DNA of 64,000 nt from an uncultured delta proteobacterium. GTDB lineage: Bacteria; Desulfobacterota; Binatia; UBA9968. The notes under the pieces are model-generated. The model saw only the letters and a list, made by a program, of their open reading frames with translations, searched no databases and was not told the DNA's origin. Of the stretch, positions 1 through 11,320 are shown in pieces; positions within the stretch are counted from its first letter, which is position 1; each line of letters opens with the position of its first letter. The stretch spans positions 32,348 to 96,347 of the forward strand of contig CAWJBB010000010.1 in NCBI GenBank assembly GCA_963840855.1, given 5' to 3'. Made by a program: the position numbers and the translations under genes.

Positions 1-393
1 GATTACCGGTTTGCCTGATCCCTTGGTGTCTTCTCCCTTGCGCTCGATTTCGCCGCCGGAGTTGAAATAAATCCAGGTATCGACCCGGCCGTCGTTTTTG
101 CTTGCGGCCTCCTGCCGCCGTGGCTTGCCCGCCTCATAGTAAAGAAATACATCCGGCTTGCCGTCGAAGTTAACGTCCTGCTCCGCGCGCTCGACTTGTC
201 CCTGCGAATCGTAATAAGTCCAGCGGTCCATTCTGCCGTCGCCGTTGGTGTCTCTCTCTTGGCGCACGACCTTGCCCTGCTCGTCGTAGTAAAAACTCAC
301 CACCGGCTGCTGGGCCTTGGCCGGATAAGGGCGCGATACAAACGGCGCGGTTGCCATTAGCAGAATGACAATTTTACATGTATAAAAAGACAT
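1..393 (-). CDS. Secreted repeat protein with Dx[DN]xDG-type (calcium-binding-like) repeats; runs off the window edge
   Basis: Manual translation (absent from the ORF track): MSFYTCKIVILLMATAPF...RQERDTNGDGRMDRWTYY...AEQDVNFDGKPDVFLYY...SKNDGRVDTWIYF...GEDTKGSGKPVI; about 23-aa periodicity and a hydrophobic N-terminus. Confidence 0.75.
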   Translation of the reverse strand, partial: MSFYTCKIVILLMATAPFVSRPYPAKAQQPVVSFYYDEQGKVVRQERDTNGDGRMDRWTYYDSQGQVERAEQDVNFDGKPDVFLYYEAGKPRRQEAASKNDGRVDTWIYFNSGGEIERKGEDTKGSGKPVI

Positions 394-666
394 CGTGAGC
401 TTGCTAACGGATCGCTGAAAATCGCTGTGTGCGGCCTGCTTGTGAATCTATGACGGGTTGATATCAAGTGCAAAGCCCCAAGCCCGAGTCCCAGTGCCGC
501 AGCCAGGTATTTGCCATTTAACCTCCACGCGGAAATGCTTTGGGTGTAGTTCCCATTCGTGAAAGGTCCAGGGGGATGCCTTGTGACCAAACGGGGCGAG
601 TTTCTTAGAAACCAGCTTCCGTCAGGATCAAAATTGCATCCGCCCGTAATTTGAACGCAAAATACC

Positions 667-2414
667 ATGGGTGAAACAAAGAACGGCTCGGGATTCATCG
701 GCCAAGCAGCCAAGGGTGGTGTCGGCGAATCTGGCTGGGCCACGTTCCTTGGAGTGGTTTGTCTAGTGATCCTTTTCGCCAATTTGGGAGGCGCGGCGTT
801 TTTCGAACCGGATGAAGGCCGCAACGCGGAAAAGGCCAGGGAAATTCTGTTACTCAACGATTGGGTCACGCCGCATGAAAATTTTTTGCCGACCCTCGAC
901 AAGCCCATCGCGTTCTACTGGCCGGTGGCTCTTTCTTTCAAGCTGTTCGGATTTTCCGAATGGGCGGCGCGCCTGCCATCAGCGTTGGCGGCGTTGGGTT
1001 GCCTACTGCTGGTTTACCAATTTGCCCGCCGTCACTGGGGAGCGCGGACAGCCCTGTGGAGCTGCTTGGTTTTGGCCACTAGCGTTGAATTCTTTTTCTT
1101 CGCGCGCCTCGTCAACTTAGACATGAGCTTGACGTTCTTTATAACGATGGCATTGTTTTCGTTTTACTCGGCGGTGCGCGCGGAGGAGGCTGCGGTCGCG
1201 GTTTTTTCATAGCGTCGCCATGTACGCGGCGCTGGGCGCTGGTACGCTGATCAAAGGCGCCGTCGCCGTTGCAGTTCCCGGCATGGTGATTTTCTTTTAT
1301 CTGCTGGTGACGCGCCAGTGGTCTCTCTTACCGCGCCTGGGACTCGCCCGCGGCGCCCTCATCTATTGCGCTATCGTAATACCAACCGTATCTATGGATG
1401 GAAGCAAGAAATCCGGGTTATCTGCGCTACTTCCTCTGGGAGGAGCATTTCGTTCGATACGTGACGCCGGAGTTCGATCGCAGCCAGGGCTGGTATTATT
1501 TTATTCTAGTCTTGGCCGCAGGGTTCTTCCCCTGGAGCGCACTATTACCATTGGCCGCCAGAGACATGTGGCGGAAAAAATTCGCGGACTCGAACCGGTT
1601 CCTGGCCATCTGGTCGCTGCTACCATTGATTTTCTTTTCCTTCTCCAAATCGCAAATGCCCCAATATATCCTGCCAATCTTTCCTGCCCTGGCGCTCGGC
1701 ATTGGTCGATTCTTGGCAGAAAAAGTTTCCGGCGCCGGTGCCAGGCGCTGGAGTCTTGTTTCAGCGCCCTGGGTGATTGTCATCGCCGTTATGAGCTACC
1801 TGCTTGTGGGAGCGGCTTGGCCGAATCTGTTGGCGCGGCAGGCTCGAACGGCCGTGGCGCTAAATACCTCGTCGATCGCTGTATCTGGAGTCCTATTCCT
1901 GGTGATTCTTGGCGTTTTTTTCAGTGGCTACCGCAGAAATTGGTGGCGAGGTTGGGACGCAGTGTATATCTCGACAGCCACGGGAATGGCATTATTCTTC
2001 ATCGTATTAGGGCAGTTAATGGCGTCAGCATCGATTGCCCGCAGTTCCAGATCTCTGGCGCAGGTCTCAGCTCCCTTCATCGCTTCTGGAGACCGCGTGG
2101 CATTTTACGATACCTATCTCCCCGGTATCGCCTTTTACCTTGCCGGCGATAAACCCCTGTGGCTCGCGCAGTCTGAAGAGAAGGATAGAATTATGGGCAG
2201 CAATTATTTGGCGGCGCGCCGTCCGCCCGCGGCAGACGGACATGGCCAAGTGGTGTATTCATTCAGCGAGTTTGCCCAACAGTGGGACCGGCAGGATCTC
2301 GTATTGCGGGTTTTTGTCAAGGAAAAAAACTTGCAGCGATTGAGCCTCGATGTCGGTGCCACGCCGCGGATACTGACGAAGTATGGCGAGTACCTTTTAG
2401 TCACGAACCGCTGA
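667..2414 (+). CDS. ArnT/PMT-family glycosyltransferase (GT39/GT83); two frameshifts near 1190 and 1390
   Basis: FFEPDEGRNAEKAREI, DKPIAFYW, EWAARLPSAL and TLIKG motifs; multi-TM; pieces in ORFs 667-1212, 1220-(~1385) and 1398-2414. Confidence 0.85.
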
Positions 2415-2457
2415 GCAATCCGCGCCTTTTTGAGAGATCCAATGCCGGTTAGCATGT

Positions 2458-3186
2458 CTAGGTTCCATGCCGGTGTTTGATCCAGTCGTAAATCTGACCG
2501 CGGTAAAGATAGGCCAGGAGCAGGGTGGCCGCCGCGACGACGGCGAAAATCGCGGCAGCGAGATATTGTTGATTACGAATGCTCGCGCCCTGGATCGTCA
2601 ACAGATAGGTGCCGGGAACCCGTCCAATGATCGACACGATCAAAAAGGTTCTGAGTCTCATACGGCTGAGCCCGAGCAGGTAGCACAAATAATCCTTGGG
2701 AAATCCGGGAAACAAAAAGAGCAGAAAACAAATCGCGGCGCCGGCATTGGTCGTCAAAAAGTCGAACTTGTGGAGCACGTCCGCGCGCACGAATCTCTCG
2801 ACAAAGGGCCGCCCCAGGACACTTGCGAGCTCGAAGGCTACCCAGGAGCCCAGGGTCAACCCAAGGGTAGACAAGAGAAATCCGATCTTTTCGCCGTAAA
2901 CATAGCCGCCGACGACGCCGGTCAGTTCCCCCGGAAATGGCGCGGCGATCACTTGTAAAGCCTGAAAGAGGACGAAAACGGCGGGCGAATAGGGCCCGAG
3001 GGCTTCAAGAAATCGGCTCAGCTTGTCGCTACTGGAATAAATCCCCTCGAAATCATCCCACTCTTCACCAGCAGGCGCGAAAGCGCTTAGAGGTTGAGGA
3101 ATATAACGGCTGAAGGTAAAAAGCAGGGCCACGAGAACAAGGAAAATAATGCCCCTAATTGCGAGTTGGCGGCGCGGATTCGTCAC
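2458..3186 (-). CDS. TVP38/TMEM64 (DedA/VTT domain) membrane protein
   Basis: LQVIAAPFPGELTGVVGG and LFPGFPKDYLCYLLG motifs; hydrophobic. Confidence 0.85.
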   Translation of the reverse strand: MTNPRRQLAIRGIIFLVLVALLFTFSRYIPQPLSAFAPAGEEWDDFEGIYSSSDKLSRFLEALGPYSPAVFVLFQALQVIAAPFPGELTGVVGGYVYGEKIGFLLSTLGLTLGSWVAFELASVLGRPFVERFVRADVLHKFDFLTTNAGAAICFLLFLFPGFPKDYLCYLLGLSRMRLRTFLIVSIIGRVPGTYLLTIQGASIRNQQYLAAAIFAVVAAATLLLAYLYRGQIYDWIKHRHGT

Positions 3187-3416
3187 CGGGGTTTTATACC
3201 AGCATTAGAATTCAATGACGAGTGAGCGGGAGGAAAAACCTCAGGCGACAAATCGGCGCGCCGCCCTTGTCAGTCTCGCGTCTTGAGTCTCAAGTTAACC
3301 CGAAACTCGAAACCTGAAACAGCGCAAGCGTCCATGAGGCTTTTTCAACAGCCTACTTCCGCGGCAATGACGGACCCGGACTCCCAACTTTGTAAACGGA
3401 CTTTAATTCCAGGACA

Positions 3417-6117
3417 CTATTGCTTAGTTTGCATCTGGCGCAAAAGAGCTTCGACTCTTTTTAGTTCCTCGCCATATCCCGCCCAGTTGCCTTGGCGCAG
3501 AAATTCCTGGGCGCGTTGGAAGTGGTCGAGCGCTTGCCGCGCCGGATCAATTTGATCCTTTGCCACCTCTAGCGACGGCACAGCGGACGGCGTTGGCACG
3601 CCCACGGGTTTTCCGCCGAATATTTTCTGCAAGGATTGCTCCAGAGTCTCTTCCATCGCAATCTGATTACCGAAGGCGACGATGACTCTCTTTAACTCAG
3701 GCAACCCGCCCTGCTCGGCGACCAGATAAAGGGGCTGAACGTAGAGCAGCGATTTGTCGATGGGGATGGCGAGTAAACTTCCGCGCAGCACCTGGGAACC
3801 GCGCTGGTTCCAAAGGCTCAGCTGTTGTGAAATGACCGTGTCCTGGTCGATTCTCGCGTCGATCTGCTTGGGACCATAAACCAGTTTTGCCTTCGGAAAA
3901 TCGAGCGCAACCAGCTTGCCATAGTGGGGCGGATCGCTGCGTGCTGCCAGCCATGCCCGCATGTTGTCTCTTTTATTTGGCGTAAAGGGCAATAACAGAA
4001 CGAATTCCTCTTTTGCTTCAGCTTCACCGGGCAGGCGCATGATCGTGTAATACGGTTCCATCTCCCGTTCCGCCTTGCCCACCGACTGTCGCGGAATACT
4101 GAGCAGGTCCTCTTTATTGTAGAAAACTTGCGGGTCTTGCATGTGGTAGGTCGCGTACATTTGCGCTTGAATGGCGAAAAAGTCCTGGGGGTAGCGGATA
4201 TGGGCATGGAGATCTTCTGGCATTTGTTCCAGTGGTTTGAACAGGCCGGGGAAAATATTTCCGTAGGCAGCGACCAGAGGGTCTTTCGGATCGGCGAGGT
4301 AGAAATCCACCGTGCCGTTAAATGCGTCGACGACGGCTTTGACCGAGTTGCGGATATAATTCAACTGCCGCTGCCGCAGGGGTTCTGAGTAGGGGTATCG
4401 GTCTGAGGTCGTGTAGCCGTCGATGATCCAAAACAAGCGCCCGCCTTGGGCAACGACCACGTAGGCATCTCGATCGAAGGTAACAAATGGCGCGATCTTC
4501 TTGACCCGCTCATGGATCTGCTTGTGAAAAAGGATGCGGCTCTCGGGCTTTAGGTCCTGCGATAGAAGCATTCTCAGCGTTGTGTGGTGCGCCGAGAAAA
4601 CCAGCTTGCGCCACAATGAACCGATGTTAACTCCGCCTCGGCCTTCGTAGGTTGTATAAATATTCTGGTCTCCGGCTGGATAATCCAGCTCCTGCGCGCC
4701 GGTTTTGACGAGTACATACGGGTTGGCCAGTTCGCCGTAGTAGATTTCGGGGCGGGTAACTTTGAGAGACGTTGTCGAGACCGGCGGGATGTCTTTGATA
4801 AAGAACTCCGGCTGGCCGCTGGAAGTCACCTGATTGACCGGGCCAAAAACGACACCGTAGCCATGGGTGAAGGTCAGATGTTCATTGATCCAATTGCGGC
4901 TCTGAAGATGCTGATGCGAAAGCTCGCGCGCGGAAAGCATCACCTGCCGGTAGTTGCCGTCGATGACGTAGCGGTCGTTGTCGACATCGACAAATTTATA
5001 ATAAGTGCGGATTTCCTGGATCTGACCGTAGCTGGCGAGCAACGGCCGGTGATCCCATAGCCGGATGTTCTTGATGGTGGCGTCGTTCCGTTTTATATCC
5101 GCGGCCGTGAGTTGTTCTTCGGCTGGAAATTCCTGACTGGCGATCTTGTCGAGCCCGTAGGCGAGCCGGGTAAATTTGATAGTGCGCTCGATGAACTGCC
5201 GTTCAGCCTCTACTTCATTCGGTATGACGCGAAAACGCTGCAAGATGTATGGATAAAGCTGCACACCGATGACATGCGCGACCAATAAAACTGCGACGCC
5301 GGCGATGAGAAAACCCCATCCCGGGCGGGACATTTGGAGGACACAGATAATCGCCGCCGCCAATGACAAAAAACAGAGGATCCGCAAAGCCGGCAAGAGA
5401 GCGTAAACATCCGAATAACTCGCGCCGAACGCGGCGCCACGGGAAGAGTAAACTACCTCGAAGGCGTCCAGATAGTACCCGGCGGCTTTCACGGCTAGAA
5501 ACAACGCCGCGAGGGCCAGCATGTGCTTGCGTGCCCGCTCGGAGAATATAAGGCCTCGAGGTCCGTAGAGAATTCCGCGATAAAGCAGATAAGCGGCGGC
5601 ACTGGCGATTGCCGCGAAAGTTACCACGAACGTGAGCCAGTTATAGATTTTCGATAACATCGGCAAGCGAAAAACGAAAAAGCCGATGTCTAAATCGAAA
5701 AGCGGATCATTCAGGGAAAAAGGCGCGGGATTCAAAAAAAGCGGCAACAGTTCCCAGTTTGACGCCGCCTGAGGCGCGGCCATCAGTCCGATGAACAATG
5801 CCGCCGGCAGTAGCAGCCGGCGGAGCAGAGGATCAATAAGCTCCGTTGGCGGAAGTTCGATGACGTTTTCGGCCTCGGATACACGGACACCGTGCGGCAT
5901 GACAGCGGCGAATCTTGACGTTTAGATAGAGGAATGCGGCGACAAAAAGACCGGCCACAAGGCCCAACATGAACTTGTAAGTCAGGCTCGTTGTGAAGAC
6001 CTGGGTGTAGCCGACTTCGGTAAACCACAGCCAGTCGACGTACAGGCCGATCGCTTGCCGAAAGAACAGGAGCAAAACGAAGACGATGAAAACTATGATC
6101 CCAGCAAATCCGCGCAT
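3417..6117 (-). CDS. UPF0182 family membrane protein; one frameshift near 5890
   Basis: N-terminal YVDWLWFTEVGY in ORF 5833-6117; NIRLWD, DVDNDRY, FTHGYG, YIRNSVKAVVDA motifs in ORF 3417-5900. Confidence 0.92.
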
Positions 6118-6209
6118 GGTTTCCGCCTTTGGGGTGGCGCTCGGCTTGGACAGACCTTATAGAAAGAGAAATTTTAATGCAATTGATGGAACCGGTGATT
6201 ACTGGGAAT

Positions 6210-6252
6210 AAAAAAAGGTGGCGCCGGGAAATACCCGTACGCCACCTTTTTT
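6210..6252. terminator. Intrinsic terminator-like hairpin with A and T tracts on both sides
   Basis: AAAAAAAGGTGGCG-loop-CGCCACCTTTTTT, just downstream of the minus-strand permease gene. Confidence 0.75.
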
Positions 6253-6284
6253 GCAAACAAGGTGTTGACTAACAACCCAAGATA

Positions 6285-7127
6285 TCAATCGTGACCGACC
6301 TTCGGGCGCCATTTGTCGAAGCGGCGCTCGAAGCGGTCGATGACATCGGTCAGCGCCATTCCGCTGATGGCGAAAATTGCGACACCGACGAAGACTTTAT
6401 CGGTCTGGAACGTGGCTCCCGCTACCGTGATCATGAAGCCGATACCCGCGGTGGCGGCATAGAGCTCGCCGACCATGACGCCGATGAGCGCGCGACCGAC
6501 GGCGAGTCTAAGGCCCGTCAGAATGAAGGGAACCGTGGAGGGCAGCACGACGGACTTGAAAATCTGCCATTCCGAAGCGCCGAAGCTTCGCGCCGCGGTG
6601 AGCAGGTTCGCCGGCGTAGTTTTGACGCCGTCCCGGGTGTTGATCAGGAGTGGAAAAACCGCGCCCAAAAAAATGATCCCGACCTTGGAAAGGATGCCGA
6701 TACCCAGCCAAATGATGACGAGAGGCAAGAGGGCGACGCGTGGCGTGGCGTTCATCGCGTTGACGAACGGGTCGCAGATGTAAGCAAACCTCTTATACCA
6801 GCCGATCGCAATGCCGAATGGGATGGCAAAAATGATGGAAAGAAAATAGCCCCAGAAGAACTCTATCCCGCTAATATATAGGTCGTTATAGATTTCGCCG
6901 GAAGCAAATAGCTGCCACGCCGCCTTCCCGACCATGGACGGCGCGCTCATGAACATCGGGTTAATGAGGCCGGCCCAGTTGCCGACGGTCTCCCACGTCA
7001 GCATAAAGAGAACGACCGCCGTGCTACCCAGAATTAATTTCTCGTTGTTGAGATAAAATTTATACGCAGCGGATGCTTCGGCGATGCGTACATCCAAAAG
7101 TTGCTCTTCTGCAGCTTGATCGGCCAT
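6285..7127 (-). CDS. NitT/TauT-family ABC transporter permease
   Basis: PRVALLPLVIIWLGIG, AARSFGAS (EAA loop), ILTGLRLAVGRALIGVMVGE. Confidence 0.92.
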   Translation of the reverse strand: MADQAAEEQLLDVRIAEASAAYKFYLNNEKLILGSTAVVLFMLTWETVGNWAGLINPMFMSAPSMVGKAAWQLFASGEIYNDLYISGIEFFWGYFLSIIFAIPFGIAIGWYKRFAYICDPFVNAMNATPRVALLPLVIIWLGIGILSKVGIIFLGAVFPLLINTRDGVKTTPANLLTAARSFGASEWQIFKSVVLPSTVPFILTGLRLAVGRALIGVMVGELYAATAGIGFMITVAGATFQTDKVFVGVAIFAISGMALTDVIDRFERRFDKWRPKVGHD

Positions 7128-7294
7128 ATACTTTCCCTCCGGTTTGTTTTGTTTAGTACCCTTCCAGCTACTCTCTCAACGTGCGAACCTGTAGCAAAAG
7201 GCCGAATACTTGTCAACAGTGATTTTAAGGCCATGTTATTGCCGCCAGATCGGCGCCAACCATCCATGTGTCAGCCTAGCGAAACCGGCTTAAC

Positions 7295-7323
7295 TTGACA
7301 ATCGTTAAGGTATTAAATAATTT
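7295..7323 (+). promoter_or_regulatory. Possible sigma70-type promoter of the radical SAM operon
   Basis: TTGACA at 7295 followed by an AT-rich -10-like region; AGGAG RBS before ATG 7359. Confidence 0.4.
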
Positions 7324-7358
7324 ATCTTCAACTAATCCTTCGATCGTCAGGAGAGACC

Positions 7359-8840
7359 ATGAAACTCCTCTTTATCACGCCACCCATGGGCAATTGGGCG
7401 CCTTGGGGCGACCGGCATTTCGCCGTCAATTCACTATATTCTCAGCTCGCTGCGTTCGTTCGGGAGAAGCAAGCGGCGGATGTGGAAGTGTTGGACTGCC
7501 GGGCACTGGGCCTGGACGACGAGCAGATGCTCGACGAGGTTCGCCGTAGGCGTCCCGACGCGGTTTACTTTGGCGCGATAATTGCCGCGGCGGGCGGCGC
7601 CGCGACGTTGAACCGTTTTCACGCGGCGATGCAGAAGATCAAAGATATCGCCCCGAAAACGGTGACGATCGGCGGCGGCTTGATGTACACCGCCGTGCCG
7701 CAGAAAATCATGACCGACAATCCGCAACTCGATTACGCCATCGTCGGCGTGTTCGGTGACAACGAGTACCCGTTGTGCGAGCTGCTGGAAGAGCTTAAGA
7801 AACCGGCGCCGAAGTTTGCCGAGGTCAGGGGGCTTACCTGGAGGAAGGGTGGCGAGATCGTGCTCAACGCGCAGTGCTCAATGATCCAAAATCTAGACGA
7901 GCTTCCCATGCCTGCCTACGATCTCTTTCCGATGGACAAATATTACGGCTATTCGGTCATTCCGAACTACAATGAAGCCGTAACCTCACGGGGCTGCGAA
8001 GGCGCCTGTCATTTCTGCTACGAATGGTGGCTGGTGGATCCGCGTAGCCCACGGGACTTCACCTCGCACCGGACCCGCGGCGGTAAAGCCGTAGCTGATG
8101 AAATGGAGCTGCTGAACAAGAAATACGGCGTTAAAGTGCTCACCTTCATGGACGACGACTTCAGTTCTGACCGCCAGAAGATGATCGATCTGGTGCAGGC
8201 GCTGGAGGAAAAGAAGCTCGACATGAGCTGGTTCTGCCTGAGCCGGGCGCAGAATCTCATCCGCGACGCCGACCTCGTGCCGCGTCTGCGCAAAGTCGGA
8301 ATGTACCAGGTGCTGATCGGCATCGACGGCGGCACCGACGAAGAGATTGCCGAGGCGCGCAAGGGACCAATGAAAGTCGGCGTCAAAGAATTGAAGGAAC
8401 TAGTCCAGTTCTTGCGCAAGAATGATATTTCGACGATCTCGACCTATCTAAACGGCTTTTGGGAAGATGACGAGGCGAAGATTCGCCAACGGGCAAAGGC
8501 CGTCGACGAGATCGATCCCGATATCGTCATGATCCAGGTGCTCAATCCAATCCCGGGCTCGCCGATTTACAAGACCGCCGTGAAAAACAACATCATCGAA
8601 GTCGATAACCTGAGTCTCTATGACCTTGAGCATTGCGTCATGCCGACAAAGCATCTCACTCGGCAAAAGCTCGGCGAGCTTACGGGATGGGCTTTCCAGT
8701 CGTTTTACGGCAAGCCGGGCAGGATCGACAGGATTCTAAACGGCTACAGCTCGCCGTACGTAAAGATGAAATTTCTCTCTTTCAAAAACAACGCGGCGAA
8801 ATACGAGAAGGGCGCGGCGGAAGATCAAGTCGCCATCTAA
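7359..8840 (+). CDS. Cobalamin-binding radical SAM protein (BchE/class B methylase-like architecture)
   Basis: N-terminal B12-binding Rossmann-like region; NLDELPMPAYDL; TSRGCEGACHFC (CxxxCxxC); FMDDDF; PIPGSPIY. Confidence 0.9.
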   Translation: MKLLFITPPMGNWAPWGDRHFAVNSLYSQLAAFVREKQAADVEVLDCRALGLDDEQMLDEVRRRRPDAVYFGAIIAAAGGAATLNRFHAAMQKIKDIAPKTVTIGGGLMYTAVPQKIMTDNPQLDYAIVGVFGDNEYPLCELLEELKKPAPKFAEVRGLTWRKGGEIVLNAQCSMIQNLDELPMPAYDLFPMDKYYGYSVIPNYNEAVTSRGCEGACHFCYEWWLVDPRSPRDFTSHRTRGGKAVADEMELLNKKYGVKVLTFMDDDFSSDRQKMIDLVQALEEKKLDMSWFCLSRAQNLIRDADLVPRLRKVGMYQVLIGIDGGTDEEIAEARKGPMKVGVKELKELVQFLRKNDISTISTYLNGFWEDDEAKIRQRAKAVDEIDPDIVMIQVLNPIPGSPIYKTAVKNNIIEVDNLSLYDLEHCVMPTKHLTRQKLGELTGWAFQSFYGKPGRIDRILNGYSSPYVKMKFLSFKNNAAKYEKGAAEDQVAI

Positions 8841-8856
8841 TATTTGATCTCGGTTC

Positions 8857-9627
8857 ATGACCGCGCCAAACAAAAAAACCCTGGAAGGTAAGGTTGCGCT
8901 CGTCACCGGCGCGAGCCGAGGCATCGGCGCGGCGGCGGCCAAACGGCTGGCGCAAGCCGGCGCCTCAGTGGTCGTCAATTATCATCAGAATAAGGAAGCC
9001 GCGCTGGGGGTTTTGCGAGAAATCGAAAGCGACGGCGGACGCGCCATGGTCGTGCAAGCGGATGTAAAGCGGAGCAACCAGGTTGAGGCGATGGCCGCCG
9101 CCGCGAAAGAAAAATTCTCCGCCATCGATATCCTTGTCAACAATGCCTATTTTCCATTCCAGGTCGGACCGCTGCACGAATTGCCTTGGGAGAAGCTCAA
9201 CGAAGCGGTGGAGCACGAGCTTTCGGCGTTTCACTTCTGCGTGAAGGCCTGCCTGCCAGGCATGGTCGAAAAGAAGGCCGGCAAGATCATCGTCGTCAGT
9301 AGCCGGTTGGCGCAGCAGCCGCTGCCGAAGATGGGTGCTTACGCCGCGGCGAAATCGGCCCTGGAATCCATGGCGAACACCATGGCCATCGAACTCGGAC
9401 CCCTGGGGATCAATGTCAACGTCGTCACCCCTGCGTTTACTTTGACCGACGCGTCGATGATCATGCCCGAGGCATTCAGGGAACGGGTGCGCGAGACACG
9501 GCCGCTGAAAAAGCATCTCTACCCCGAGGATGTGGCGGGCGCCATCGCCTTCTTGGCCGGCGCCGAAGCCAGCATGCTCACCGGCAGCCATATTCTGATC
9601 ACCGGCGGCAGCCATCTGCAGCTCTAA
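8857..9627 (+). CDS. Short-chain dehydrogenase/reductase (FabG-like)
   Basis: TGASRGIG, DILVNNA, YAAAK catalytic motif. Confidence 0.92.
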   Translation: MTAPNKKTLEGKVALVTGASRGIGAAAAKRLAQAGASVVVNYHQNKEAALGVLREIESDGGRAMVVQADVKRSNQVEAMAAAAKEKFSAIDILVNNAYFPFQVGPLHELPWEKLNEAVEHELSAFHFCVKACLPGMVEKKAGKIIVVSSRLAQQPLPKMGAYAAAKSALESMANTMAIELGPLGINVNVVTPAFTLTDASMIMPEAFRERVRETRPLKKHLYPEDVAGAIAFLAGAEASMLTGSHILITGGSHLQL

Positions 9628-9634
9628 ATAATTC

Positions 9635-9733
9635 AAAATGAAAAGAAAGTGCAAAATGAAAATTTCCGCCCCGCCCCAACTTCGGCAATGACCCGTCCGG
9701 TAATTTTGCATTTTTCAATTTGCATTTTGCACT
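9635..9733. repeat. Inverted array of TGCAAAA / TTTTGCA short repeats
   Basis: aaaatgaaaagaaagtgcaaaatgaaaa ... ttttgcatttttcaatttgcattttgcact between SDR and FAD oxidase genes. Confidence 0.6.
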
Positions 9734-9746
9734 GAAAGCTCCTCCC

Positions 9747-11232
9747 ATGCTCACCCTCGATGAGATCGTCGCCAAACTGAAAGAGATCGTTGGCCCGCGC
9801 TTTGTTTCGACGAACTCTATAGACAAGATCAACTACCAGCACTCGCTTGCCTACGGCGCTTATCGGGCATTGCCGGATGTCATCGTTCGCGTGGACTCTG
9901 ACGCCCAAGGTAATCATTCGGTTGCCAAGATTCTCAAGTTCGCCAACGAGCACAAACTTCCTATCGTTGCCAAAGGCGGCGTCGGCATGGGCATCAGCTC
10001 GCCGCTCCAAGGGCGGAGTTCTGCTCGACATGCTCGGCATGGACAAAATTCTCGAAGTCAATCCGACGATGCAGTATGTCATCGCCGAGGGCGGCACGAG
10101 CGTTTACGCGATTCATCACGCGCTGCGCCAACATGGGTTGATGCTGCCCAATTTCGGCACCTACGGTCCGGCGGTGGTGATCGGCGCGATGATCAACAAG
10201 GGCGGCATCGGTTACGGCATGACCCGCTACGGCTGGATCGCCGACATGGTGCTCGGCCTGGAGGTGATTCTCGCTGACGGAGAGACGATTCGGCTGGGCG
10301 CCCTCGCCAACCAAGGAACCACCTTCGGGCCGTTTCAAAAATGGATTCATCTGCCGGATCTTCTCGGCCTGTTCACCCTGGCCGCCGGCTCGCTGGGGAT
10401 TATCAGCAAAGTGTGCCTGCGCGCCATCGAGGGACGGCGCGAGTGGCTGCATGACTATTGTTACACGTTTCGCCGCGATCAGTTGCAGAGCGCGCAGGAG
10501 TCATTGATGCAGCTCGTGCGCGGCGAGGTGGTCTACGACATACATTTCACCGACCGCTGGCAATATCACTGGCCGATGGAGGATGGACTGTACGACAAGA
10601 GCAAGGTCCCGGACGACGGCTGGTTTTTTCTCAAAACCATGCTGATGGCGCGCGCTGAAGACGAGCTGGCATTCAAGGAAAAGCGCATGCGGCGCATCTA
10701 TCATGACGCAGGCGGCGTGGACGTGCCGGAGATCGCCGAAAAATCCATGGGCGCCAGGGCGCAAGAAAATGGACTGCATGGCTGGCCGGACTGGCATATC
10801 ATGGGTCCCGATGGCTGGTGCGGCTCGGTGGTGCGCCATAGCGGCATGTTCGCCGTGACTTCGAAAATGTACCCGCTGACCTTCTTGAAGGAAATGTACG
10901 ACCTGGATGAAGCGGCCAAGAAGGAGTCCGGTCTTTGGGATGCCGAGCATTCACCCCAGCATGACAGCTACGTTACCCGGGATCTGGCAATCAAAGAAGA
11001 ATATTTCGTTTTCTATAATCCCTACGACGACGAAGACGTCGGCAAACTGCGCAAATGGATGGGCCTGGTGCAACAATTCAGCAACGAGCGGGGCGTGGTC
11101 TGGACGGCGCCGACGCTCAGCACCAAGGGGCCGCTGCCGTATCAACGATTGGGCAGCCTCTACGATGTCGTCAAGGAGATCAAACAACTGGTGGATCCGA
11201 ACAATATCTTGAACCCCGGGGCGCTCTATTGA
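9747..11232 (+). CDS. FAD-binding oxidoreductase (VAO/PCMH, GlcD-like); frameshift near 10010
   Basis: LPDVIVR..KILKFANEHKLPIVAKGGVG; GGVLLDMLGMDKILEV; VLGLEVILADG; C-terminal DPNNILNPG. Confidence 0.88.
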
Positions 11233-11320
11233 GATGGTTCAAAGTTCAATGTTCAAAGTTCAACGAGGGTCATTGAAGCAAACATCGAGCATGAGAGCCT
11301 AGAATGAAGAGGAGAAGATT

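Noticed and set aside
7359-8840. Assignment as bchE, hpnP or bzaD
   Set aside because: The shared architecture is not diagnostic, and no photosynthesis, hopanoid or cobamide genes are adjacent.
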